Source of the DNA: Candidatus Eiseniibacteriota bacterium
Lineage (GTDB): Bacteria > Eisenbacteria > RBG-16-71-46 > DASYSL01
NCBI GenBank assembly: GCA_046598045.1
Contig: JBKJJJ010000113.1
Span: 800 to 64,799, forward strand
Direction of reading: 5' to 3'
DNA: 64,000 nt
This document shows, one piece after another, positions 55,696-63,087 of the stretch. Under the pieces are notes generated by a model. The model saw nothing but the letters and a program-made list of their open reading frames with translations. It had not been told where the DNA came from and searched no databases. The translations under genes were made by a program, and so were the position numbers. The first letter of the stretch is position 1. Each line of letters opens with the position of its first letter.

Positions 55696-56822
55696 GCGGC
55701 CTCCCGCGCGGCGGCGATCTCGGCACGGCAGTCGGGGTCGTGCTCGCTCTGCGCCGCTGCGGCGAGCGCGCGCGCCGCGGCGGCGCCGCCGATCCGCCCG
55801 AGCGCCCACGCGGCATGGCGACGCACGAGCGGCGCGTCGTCGGAGAGCGCCCGCTCCAGCGCCGGGGCGTCGGCCTCCAGGCCGCGGTTGCCGAGCGCGA
55901 CGCAAACGTTGCGCAGGAAGCCGTCGCGCCCCGCGCGCAGGACCGCGGTGCCGGTGAACGCGGCCTTGAACGCCTCGGCGTCGAGCCGGAGCCAATCCGC
56001 GAGCGGCGTCTCGAGCAGGCCCGGCCGGGCGCGCACCTCGGCCGATTGCGCGGCCTGCGCGAAGCGGTTCCACGGGCAGGCGTCGAGGCAATCGTCGCAG
56101 CCGAAGATGCGCTGCCCGACCAGCGGGCGCAGCTCGGCGGGGATCGCGTCCGAGAGCTCGATCGTCAGGTAGCTGATGCAGCGCCGCGCGTCGACCTGGT
56201 AGGGGGCGGGGATCGCGCCGGTGGGGCAGGCGTCCATGCAGCGCGTGCAGGTGCCGCAGCGCCGCACCGCGGGTGGATCGGGCTCGAGCGCGACGTCCAC
56301 CACGAGCTCGCCGAGCATCGCCCAGTTGCCGGCCTCGGGCGTGATCACGTGCGCGTGCTTGCCGATGAAGCCCACGCCCGCGCGCTCGGCCCACGTGCGC
56401 TCGAGGAACGGCCCGGTGTCGACCGAGGTGCGCGCCTCGCAGCCGGGCCACTCCGCGCGGGCGAAGCGGGCGAGCGCCTTGAGCCGCGAGCCCACCGCGC
56501 GGTGATAGTCGCGGCCCCTCGCGTAGCGGGCGATTCCGGCGGCGTTGCCATCGGGTTCATCGGGGCGGTGGTAGTTCCAGGCGACGGCGACGAGCGAGCG
56601 GGCTTGCGGCCAGAGCGTGCGTGGGTGGCTGCGCTCCGCGACCATGCGTTCCAGCCAGTCCATCTGCCCGTGGTCGCCGCGCGCGAGCCAGGCACGGTAG
56701 TGGGCCGCGCCTGCGTCGGCGGCGGGATCCGGCGTATCGAGCCGCGCGATGCCCGCGCCGACGAAGCCGAGGCGGAGCGCCTCCCGCTTGATCGCCGCGC
56801 TCCGGGCGCCCTCAGGCTGCAG
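55692..56822 (-). CDS. queG: Epoxyqueuosine reductase; the start is unresolved
   Basis: GQMDWLER, two 4Fe-4S motifs (CGTCTRCMDACP and CDDCLDACP) and C-terminal HEAT-like repeats. The first ATG is at 56663. The conserved N-terminus (AIKREALRLGFVGAGIARLD...YRAWLARGDHGQ) continues in frame upstream with no ATG/GTG/TTG. The upper bound given is an in-frame CTG. Confidence 0.8.
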   Translation of the reverse strand: MQPEGARSAAIKREALRLGFVGAGIARLDTPDPAADAGAAHYRAWLARGDHGQMDWLERMVAERSHPRTLWPQARSLVAVAWNYHRPDEPDGNAAGIARYARGRDYHRAVGSRLKALARFARAEWPGCEARTSVDTGPFLERTWAERAGVGFIGKHAHVITPEAGNWAMLGELVVDVALEPDPPAVRRCGTCTRCMDACPTGAIPAPYQVDARRCISYLTIELSDAIPAELRPLVGQRIFGCDDCLDACPWNRFAQAAQSAEVRARPGLLETPLADWLRLDAEAFKAAFTGTAVLRAGRDGFLRNVCVALGNRGLEADAPALERALSDDAPLVRRHAAWALGRIGGAAAARALAAAAQSEHDPDCRAEIAAAREAA

Positions 56823-58524
56823 GCGCGGCGCTCCCCAGGTAACCGACGACCAGCACGGTGATGTCGTCCGCTTGCTGGTAGCCGGCGGCGAATGCGTGCA
56901 CCTCGTCGATCACCAGCGTGACCAGGTCGTCGGCGCAGATCGGCCCGGCGGCCTTGAGGCAGACCTCGAGGCGCCTCTCCTCGAACTGCTCGGTGGTCTT
57001 GTCCTCGGCCTCGGTCACGCCGTCCGAGTAGAGGATCACGCGGTCGCCCGGGGCGAGCGTGAGCGCGTCCTCCTCGTAGGCCAGCCCCGGGAAGGCGCCG
57101 ACCATGAGCCCGCCCTTGTCGAGCTTCCGAAGCTCGCCGCCCGCCGTCAGCAGGTACGCGGGGTTGTGTCCCGCGCTGGTCAGCCGCATGTGGCCCTCGG
57201 CGTCGATCACGCCGTAAGCGATGGTCGCGAAGCGCCGGTCGACGCTGCGCCTGAGCAGCGTCTGGTTGAGGCGCGCCATGGCCTCGCTCGGACCGGTCAG
57301 CGTCTGCGCCGAGGATGCGAGGATGCCCTGAATCGCGGCCGCGAGCAGCGCCGCGCCGGGGCCCTTGCCCGAGACGTCGCACAGGGCGAAGCCGAGTCGG
57401 CCGTCGGGGAACTCGATGTATTCGTAGAAGTCGCCGCCGATGGCGCGGCAGGGGATGGTCGTGCCCGCGAGCTCGATCGCCGCGGTCGAGAACCGGCGCG
57501 GCGGCAGCAGCGCGCGCTGGATCTCGGCCGCGACCGTGAGCTCGCGCTCGAGCTTGATCTTCTCCTCCGAATCGCGCACCAGGCGCGCGTTCTCGATCGC
57601 GACCGCGGCCTCGGCGGCGAGCTGCTCGAACGTGGCGTGGAGGTCGGCGGCGTCGAGTTGCCCGAGCCCCGCGCTGTCGACGTAGAGCACGCCCATCGGC
57701 TGCTTCGCTTTGACCTGCGACGCGGCGTCGCCGGTATCGAACTCGGCCGTGCGCACGCGCGGCAGCGGGGCACACAGGATCGAGCGGATCTTGAGGTCGA
57801 TCTGCGTGTGGCGCGAGTCGGGGACCTCGTTCTCGTAGACCAGCTTGCCGGTCTCGAACACCTGGCTCGGCACCGACTTGCTGAGCTTGAAGTCGCGCCC
57901 CGGCAACGACTGGTTCTTGCGGCCGCGCGCCATGCGCACGTCGAGTTCACCCGCCTGGTTGACCATCATCACGAATCCGCGTTCGGCGCCGGCGAGCACG
58001 ATCGCGTGGTCGACCACGATCGCGAGCACTTCCTCGAGCACGCGGCCCTCGACCATCGCGCGCAGCGCCTGTCCAAGCATGCCCATCGCGCCGCGGGGCC
58101 GGGAGGCGGCGGCCGACTCGGCGACCGCGGCGACCGCGGCGGCCGCGGCCGCCTGCGCGCCGCCGCCCGTGAGCGTGCGCATGTCGTCGCGGATGATCTC
58201 GTGCCTGCCGGTCGACATCTCGGCTGAGACCAGCTGGAACTCGACCGGCGGGTGGTTCGGCGAGCCGAGCTGGATCTGGTCACCATGCACGAGCGCGTGG
58301 CGCTCGATCTTCTCGCCGTTCAGGTACGTTCCGAAGCGCGAGTTCGTGTCGGCAACGTAGAAGCGCTCCCCCTCGCGCGTGAGCTCGGCGTGATGGCGGG
58401 AGACGTCCGCCTCGGCGAGCACGAGGTCGTTCTCGTGGTGGCGGCCGATGCGGAAGGGAAAGCGGGCCACGGGAACCGTGCGAAAGCCCCCGGGCTGGGG
58501 AACGACGAGTCGGGCTTCATCCAT
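56812..58524 (-). CDS. FHA - GAF - PP2C (SpoIIE-type) serine phosphatase
   Basis: FHA: FRIGRHHENDLVLAEADVSRHHAEL...FYVADTNSRFGTYLNG. GAF-like middle region. PP2C: EIQRALLP...GGDFYEY...FALCDVSGKGPGAAL...ILYSDGVTEA. Confidence 0.85.
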   Translation of the reverse strand: MDEARLVVPQPGGFRTVPVARFPFRIGRHHENDLVLAEADVSRHHAELTREGERFYVADTNSRFGTYLNGEKIERHALVHGDQIQLGSPNHPPVEFQLVSAEMSTGRHEIIRDDMRTLTGGGAQAAAAAAVAAVAESAAASRPRGAMGMLGQALRAMVEGRVLEEVLAIVVDHAIVLAGAERGFVMMVNQAGELDVRMARGRKNQSLPGRDFKLSKSVPSQVFETGKLVYENEVPDSRHTQIDLKIRSILCAPLPRVRTAEFDTGDAASQVKAKQPMGVLYVDSAGLGQLDAADLHATFEQLAAEAAVAIENARLVRDSEEKIKLERELTVAAEIQRALLPPRRFSTAAIELAGTTIPCRAIGGDFYEYIEFPDGRLGFALCDVSGKGPGAALLAAAIQGILASSAQTLTGPSEAMARLNQTLLRRSVDRRFATIAYGVIDAEGHMRLTSAGHNPAYLLTAGGELRKLDKGGLMVGAFPGLAYEEDALTLAPGDRVILYSDGVTEAEDKTTEQFEERRLEVCLKAAGPICADDLVTLVIDEVHAFAAGYQQADDITVLVVGYLGSAAPAA

Positions 58525-58592
58525 GGGGTCGGGCGTCCTCGGGCAGTCGGTTTTTCGGTGGACGGGACACGAGCGCGGCTATCTTAACCGAC

Positions 58593-59138
58593 ATGCCCCT
58601 GCGCCCGCCCCAGTTCCGATTCTGCCTCGCCTGCGGCGGCCCCCTCGCGCCGGGCGGCCTGTGCCCACGCTGCGGCGAGGCGCGGCTGCCCCGGCCCACC
58701 CCGGCGGTTGCGGTCGCGGTGGTCGAGGCCAGCCAGGTCCTCCTGGTCAAGCGCCGCTACGCCCCCATGGTCGGGCACTGGGCGCTCCCCGCGGGCTACC
58801 TCGAGGGGCACGAGGACCCCTGGCGCACGGCCCGGCGCGAGGCGCGCGAGGAGACCGGACTCGAGATCCGCCCGACCCGCCTCATGGGCGCGTTCCCCGG
58901 CGGGGGGCAGGACGGGCCGGTCGTGCTGCTCGTGTTTTCGGGCACGGTCGAGGGCGGCCGCCTCGAGGCCGGCGACGACGCCTCCGAGGCCGCGTTCTTC
59001 CCCCTGACCCGGCTTCCGACCCCATTGGCGTGGGGTCCGCACCGGGTGGTGCTCGCCGCCCTCCTCCAGCAGCACGGCCTGCCCGTTCCGGACAGCCTGA
59101 TTGGACCAAAAACCTTGCCCGGGAAGGGATTGCCCTGA
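58593..59138 (+). CDS. NUDIX hydrolase with an N-terminal zinc ribbon
   Basis: CLACGG...CPRCG is followed by the Nudix box GHWALPAGYLEGHEDPWRTARREAREETGL. Confidence 0.85.
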   Translation: MPLRPPQFRFCLACGGPLAPGGLCPRCGEARLPRPTPAVAVAVVEASQVLLVKRRYAPMVGHWALPAGYLEGHEDPWRTARREAREETGLEIRPTRLMGAFPGGGQDGPVVLLVFSGTVEGGRLEAGDDASEAAFFPLTRLPTPLAWGPHRVVLAALLQQHGLPVPDSLIGPKTLPGKGLP

Positions 59139-59147
59139 AAATATCAG

Positions 59148-59176
59148 TTGCATTGGATTTCTTGGCTCCCTAGTGT
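59148..59176 (+). promoter_or_regulatory. Candidate sigma70-type promoter (TTGCAT-N17-TAGTGT) for the mqnD leader RNA
   Basis: Hexamers at 59148-59153 and 59171-59176, in an AT-richer patch just after the NUDIX stop. Confidence 0.3.
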
Positions 59177-59182
59177 TGTTCT

Positions 59183-59520
59183 TCAACCTCAGCTCGGGTG
59201 CCCGGAAAGTACTTTCCCGATAAGATTTGGGATACCGGACACTCAGGCCAACGGCCATGACCGCGTGCCTCGCTGACTCTGGATTCGCCTCAAGGATGAT
59301 GCCAGGATGAGCTCGCTTCGGCGGGCTTTAGGAGCCCGTTTCGGGGATGGACTTCGGGGGGAGCCTCCCCGAGCGGCTCCGCTTCTCTTCGGAGTATGGC
59401 CCGGAGATTCGGGTCATGCGGATGCTGAGCCAGGACCCGTTTCGGGGGGAACGGTCCCGGCCGGCTCCTTTCCGAGCCGCAACTCGGTTACATTGGCCTC
59501 CTTCCAAGGAGGCCTTTTTC
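59183..59520 (+). ncRNA. Unclassified structured RNA, either the 5' leader of mqnD (candidate riboswitch/attenuator) or a stand-alone sRNA. The 5' end is inferred only from the candidate promoter.
   Basis: The 382-nt gap has no credible ORF. It contains many short GC stems with UUCG/UUUC loops, a duplicated 12-mer cccgtttcgggg, mutually exclusive helices near the 3' end and a terminal terminator. Confidence 0.4.
59495..59519 (+). terminator. Intrinsic terminator GGCCTCC-ttccaa-GGAGGCC plus TTTTT; its 3' arm contains the AAGGAGG Shine-Dalgarno of mqnD
   Basis: Read directly. The T-run ends 2 nt before the ATG at 59521. The 5' arm (CCTCC) is an anti-SD. Confidence 0.7.
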
Positions 59521-60393
59521 ATGTCCGACGCCCCGACCACGACGACCACGACGACCGCGACTCCCGTGCTGCGCGTGGGCCACAGCCCCGATCCCGACGA
59601 TGCGTTCATGTTCTACGGACTCGCCCACGGCCACGTGAGGATCCGCGACTACCGGATCGAACACGTGCTCGAGGATATCGAGTCGCTCAACCGCCGCGCC
59701 GCCGCGCGCGACCTCGAGGTCACCGCAATCTCGGCGCACGCCTACCCGCGCGTCGCCGACGCCTACCACATCCTCGCCACCGGCGCCTCGATGGGCCGCG
59801 GCTACGGTCCCGTGCTCGTCGCCACCAAACCGATGACGCTCGCGGACCTGCGTGGCAAGCGCATCGCGATCCCCGGCCCCTGGACGACCGCCGCGCTCCT
59901 GACCGCGATCTACGTCGATGGCCACACGCCGGTCGAGGTCATGTTCGACGACATCCCGCGCGCCGTCCTCGCGGGCGAGGTCGACGCCGGCGTCGTGATC
60001 CACGAGGCGCAGCTCACGTACGCCGCGATGGGTCTGACCAAGATCGTGGACTACGGTGAGCTCTGGGCCTCGGAGACCAACGGCCTGCCGCTGCCGCTCG
60101 GCCTCGACGTCGTGCGCGCGGACCTCGGCCTCGAGCTCTGCCAGGAGATCAACCGCGGCCTTCGCGAGTCCATCCTCTACGGCCGCGCCCACCTCGACGA
60201 CGCGATCGCCTACGCGCTGACGTTCGGCCGCGGGCTCGACAAGGCGCTGGGCAAGAAGTTCGTCGGCATGTACGTGAGCGAGGACACAGTCGACATGGGC
60301 CAGCCCGGGCGCGAGGCGCTGCGGCTGCTGTTCCAGCGCGGGGCGGAGAAGGGGATCATTCCGGCCGTGCCGGAGCTGGTGGTGATCGACTAG
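59521..60393 (+). CDS. mqnD: Menaquinone (futalosine pathway) MqnA/MqnD-family protein, most like 1,4-dihydroxy-6-naphthoate synthase
   Basis: LRVGHSPDPDDAFMFYGL...HVLEDIESLNRRA...EVTAISAHAYP...GPVLVA...VIHEAQLTY is a periplasmic-binding-protein-like fold motif set of MqnD. An unusual poly-Thr run (T8) lies at the N-terminus. Confidence 0.75.
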   Translation: MSDAPTTTTTTTATPVLRVGHSPDPDDAFMFYGLAHGHVRIRDYRIEHVLEDIESLNRRAAARDLEVTAISAHAYPRVADAYHILATGASMGRGYGPVLVATKPMTLADLRGKRIAIPGPWTTAALLTAIYVDGHTPVEVMFDDIPRAVLAGEVDAGVVIHEAQLTYAAMGLTKIVDYGELWASETNGLPLPLGLDVVRADLGLELCQEINRGLRESILYGRAHLDDAIAYALTFGRGLDKALGKKFVGMYVSEDTVDMGQPGREALRLLFQRGAEKGIIPAVPELVVID

Positions 60394-60398
60394 GTCTG

Positions 60399-60896
60399 GT
60401 GATCGACCAGGTTCCCAGGAGGCGCGGCGTGTACGACGACTCGCAGCTCCCGTTCTCGATCATGACGTTCATAGCGATGTGCGCGATCCTGTTCGCGATC
60501 GCGCTCATCCCGACCATTTTCTTCTTCCTCACGATGCAGCGCACGCTGGCGCGCTGCGCCGCCTCGTCGCGCACGATGACCCCCGGGCAGGTCTGGCTCG
60601 GGCTGATCCCGATGTTCAACCTGGTCTGGTCGTTCTTCCTCGTGAGCGCGCTGTCGGACTCGTTGCACAACGAGTTCACGCGCCGGGGCATCGTCGAGGA
60701 GCCGCAGCCCGGGCGCACGCTCGGCCTCGCCTACGCGATTCTCGGGCTCCTCTCCGCGGTGCCGTTCGTGGGCTTCCTCACAGGCATCCCCGCGCTCGTG
60801 TGCTGGATCCTGTACTGGGTCAAGATCGCGGACCTCTCGGGGAAGATCGCGCTGCCTTGGGTGGAAGGGGCTGCGGCTGCTCCGGCGGGTGCGTAG
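60399..60896 (+). CDS. Small integral membrane protein, paralog 1 (about 4 TM)
   Basis: Shares about 45% identity with the next gene across the core L.RCA..SRT..P..VWL.L.P..N.VW.F..V.ALS.SLH.EFTRRGIV.EP.P. GTG start (or ATG 60462). Confidence 0.6.
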   Translation: MIDQVPRRRGVYDDSQLPFSIMTFIAMCAILFAIALIPTIFFFLTMQRTLARCAASSRTMTPGQVWLGLIPMFNLVWSFFLVSALSDSLHNEFTRRGIVEEPQPGRTLGLAYAILGLLSAVPFVGFLTGIPALVCWILYWVKIADLSGKIALPWVEGAAAAPAGA

Positions 60897-61013
60897 CTCT
60901 CCCCGGAGAGGGAACTACCCGAAACGCTCGCGGGTAGCAATGGGAGCGAGCCCGCAGCCGGTGGCCCTCGCCGGATCGCGGCGCCCGGGTCGCGCACAAC
61001 ACGGAGACGCGAC

Positions 61014-61457
61014 TTGAGCCTGCCCAACCTGGCCTGGTTGAAACCCTTCCTCCCGCTGCTTCCGTTCCTGTTGGCGCTCGCGCTGCTGCCGACGATCCTC
61101 TTCCTGCGCATGCTCGAGCAAACCCTGACGCGCTGCGCTCCCGAGTCGCGCACGTTGCCGCCGCGACGGGTCTGGCTGATCCTGGTCCCGCTCTGGAACG
61201 TCGTGTGGCTGTTCGTCGTCGTGAACGCGCTCTCCAACTCGCTGCATCGCGAGTTCACGCGCCGCGGCATCGTCGCCGAACCCCGTCCGGCGCACCGCCT
61301 CGGAACCGTGTACGCGATCCTGATGGCGATGGCGATCATCCCAGTCCTGGGGATCCCGGCATTCCTGGCGGGCGCACTGGTCGGACTCCGCTACGGGATT
61401 CGGATCAAGGCGTACTCGGGCATGCTCGCCACGCCCTTCGTCGCCGAGGCTGCCTGA
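61014..61457 (+). CDS. Small integral membrane protein, paralog 2
   Basis: TTG start. The conserved core is the same as paralog 1, with a hydrophobic N-terminal segment and two C-terminal TM segments. Confidence 0.6.
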   Translation: MSLPNLAWLKPFLPLLPFLLALALLPTILFLRMLEQTLTRCAPESRTLPPRRVWLILVPLWNVVWLFVVVNALSNSLHREFTRRGIVAEPRPAHRLGTVYAILMAMAIIPVLGIPAFLAGALVGLRYGIRIKAYSGMLATPFVAEAA

Positions 61458-61482
61458 GGCGCGGCGGGGGCGAGCAGCGGGC

Positions 61483-61870
61483 GGCCACTTGCGCCGGCGC
61501 AAGCTCGCAGCGAGGCCAACTCGCATGCCACGTGGCATGCGAGTTGCGATCCGGGCGTTGCGGCACAACGAGTTAGGCCAATTTTGTGATTCCCGCGGAC
61601 GTGCCCCGGGGGATGCTCGCGCAGGCTGGGAGCCGCTTGCGCCGGGGCAAGCGCGCGGCGCGGATCGCCGCCCGCTCAGGGGCCGGTTGTCGAGCAGAGC
61701 AAGCACCCGAGCCAGGTCGAATTTTCGTCAGGTGGGAAAAATCGAGCATGCCACGTGGCATGTTCAACGCGATTCGGCCGTTGTCGCGCAATGAGTTACG
61801 CCAAAATAGAAATCCGAGCGAACCTGCCCCGCCTGCGCGAGTCGGCCGCCACTTGCGCCGGCGCAAGCGC
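61483..61870. repeat. Composite palindromic repeat array: a 20-mer containing a 16-bp palindrome (x2, plus one degenerate copy), 30-bp and 22-bp palindromes built on CATGCCACGTGGCATG, and an approximately 130-nt unit repeated with a 223-nt period
   Basis: CCACTTGCGCCGGCGCAAGC at 61485-61504 and 61849-61868. GCTTGCGCCGGGGCAAGC at 61635-61652. CAACTCGCATGCCACGTGGCATGCGAGTTG at 61517-61546. GAGCATGCCACGTGGCATGTTC at 61744-61765. The units 61524-61655 and 61747-61870 align along their full length with indels. Confidence 0.75.
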
Positions 61871-61874
61871 CCGC

Positions 61875-62297
61875 CTACTCCCCGAGGATCTTGATCAGCA
61901 CCCGCTTGTCGCGCTTGCCGTCGAACTCGCCGTAGAAGATCTGCTCCCACGGACCGAAGTCGAGCTTGCCCGCCGTGATCGCGACCACGACCTCGCGCCC
62001 CATGATCTGGCGCTTCAAGTGGGCGTCGGCGTTGTCCTCGCCGGTGAGGTGGTGCTTGTACGCGGTCGGGCTGGGGTCGTGCGGGGCGAGCTCCTCGAGC
62101 CACTTCGTGAAGTCCTGGTGCAGGCCCGATTCGTCGTCGTTGATGAAGACGCTCGAGGTGATGTGCATCGAGTTCACGAGGCAGAGCCCCTCGCGCACGC
62201 CGCTCTCGTCGATCGCAGCCTGCACGTCGCGCGTGACGTTGACGAACGCGGTGGTCTGTTTGGTGTGAACGACGAGCGCCTTGCGGAAGGACTTCAT
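61875..62297 (-). CDS. yjbQ: YjbQ/UPF0047 family protein (secondary thiamine-phosphate synthase-like)
   Basis: [11 protein letters not shown]...[32 protein letters not shown]......Y.H...[10 protein letters not shown]......[25 protein letters not shown]. Confidence 0.85.
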   Translation of the reverse strand: MKSFRKALVVHTKQTTAFVNVTRDVQAAIDESGVREGLCLVNSMHITSSVFINDDESGLHQDFTKWLEELAPHDPSPTAYKHHLTGEDNADAHLKRQIMGREVVVAITAGKLDFGPWEQIFYGEFDGKRDKRVLIKILGE

Positions 62298-63037
62298 CGA
62301 TATTGAACCTTGAGCCTTCCCCACGAGACGTACGGCGCCGGCACGGCGCCCGCAGAATACGAAACGGAGCTGATCCCAAGATCGATCGGGGAACCGTCGA
62401 TCGCGTAGGCAACCCCACTGACGCTGAGATTCATGGGCCGATCGTCCTCACAACACAGGCCCGGGCCGGTCGCCAAGGCGCATGAGCCGCTGAGGTCGAA
62501 CTGAATACTCCAGAGGCCGGTCCGGACCTGGGGATCGAGTTGCCAGCTCTGCGGCCTCGAAGCGCGGAGGGCGAGGATCCCGTTCGAGCTCCCGCAACTG
62601 GACGGAACGCAGAACGAGGAGTCGCGGCTTGTGGTGAAACTCTCAAAACTCGTCTGGCCGATGGGCGAGGCACATCCCGCGACGGCGGGTGCGAACTGAG
62701 CGGCCACCCGTCCCGGCCCCTGGCACCCGCCCGGTTCGAACTGCCAGGCGGGGGTGACCGTGGTGGCATCGGCCCCCGAGCAGGCACAAGCATAACTGGG
62801 GCTCGACTTGATCCGAATCTGCAGCTCGAATCCGGTGACGGCGTTGGGAAGGCCCTGGACGAACACGACGAGATTCGCCAGTCGATCCGTGCTCACCACC
62901 GGATGTGCCGTCTCGATCGGGGAACAGGAATTCCACGACAGGCCGACTGCCGGGGCGGCTCCGACCGGACGGGGACAGCAGATCACTGCAGCGGCGAGCA
63001 TACCGAGGAGAGGCGCGCAGCGGTTGCGAACATGCAT
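62294..63037 (-). CDS. Hypothetical secreted Cys-rich protein (247 aa), lower GC
   Basis: Signal peptide ([12 protein letters not shown]). 15 Cys in total, most of them after the signal region. The C-terminus is ...[12 protein letters not shown]. Its stop overlaps the yjbQ start (ATGA). Confidence 0.6.
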   Translation of the reverse strand: MHVRNRCAPLLGMLAAAVICCPRPVGAAPAVGLSWNSCSPIETAHPVVSTDRLANLVVFVQGLPNAVTGFELQIRIKSSPSYACACSGADATTVTPAWQFEPGGCQGPGRVAAQFAPAVAGCASPIGQTSFESFTTSRDSSFCVPSSCGSSNGILALRASRPQSWQLDPQVRTGLWSIQFDLSGSCALATGPGLCCEDDRPMNLSVSGVAYAIDGSPIDLGISSVSYSAGAVPAPYVSWGRLKVQYR

Positions 63038-63087
63038 GACGATTGACCCGCGGGGGAGGGTGCGCGACATAAGTGGCAAAGCCTTGA

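Noticed and set aside
59272-59289. GCTGACTCTGGATTCGCC resembles the 5' region of tmRNA (GGGGCUGAUUCUGGAUUCGAC).
   Set aside because: There is no GGGG 5' acceptor end, no tRNA-like T-arm/CCA (GGTTCGAnTCC...CCA) anywhere downstream, and no tag reading frame ending in a hydrophobic ...AA-stop. The nearby frame would encode ANGHDRVPR-stop. I treated the match as coincidence.
59183-59520. RNase P RNA, 6S RNA or a known riboswitch class as the identity of the structured region.
   Set aside because: The universally conserved RNase P blocks (GAGGAAAGUCCGGGC, ACAGAAnCCGGCUUA) are absent. The core motifs of the TPP, cobalamin, SAM, SAH, glycine, guanidine and c-di-GMP classes are not present by eye. 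6S cannot be excluded from sequence alone, but it would not explain the SD-sequestering terminator.
61483-61870. CRISPR array or integron attC sites as an explanation for the repeats.
   Set aside because: The repeats are palindromes of different kinds with irregular spacing, not 25-40-nt direct repeats with unique spacers, and there are no cas genes. One unit contains GTTAGGC (matching the attC R' core GTTRRRY) and a partner GGCCAAC. The second unit has GTTACGC and no partner, and there is no intI integrase or cassette-like organisation in the window.
61525-61894. Mini-ORFs beginning MPRGM... (ATG at 61525 and 61748, and the same peptide start on the opposite strand).
   Set aside because: MPRGM is simply the translation of the palindrome ATGCCACGTGGCAT(G) and so appears on both strands. 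Similarity between the two copies continues through indels that break the frame. There is no SD. I interpreted them as non-coding repeats.
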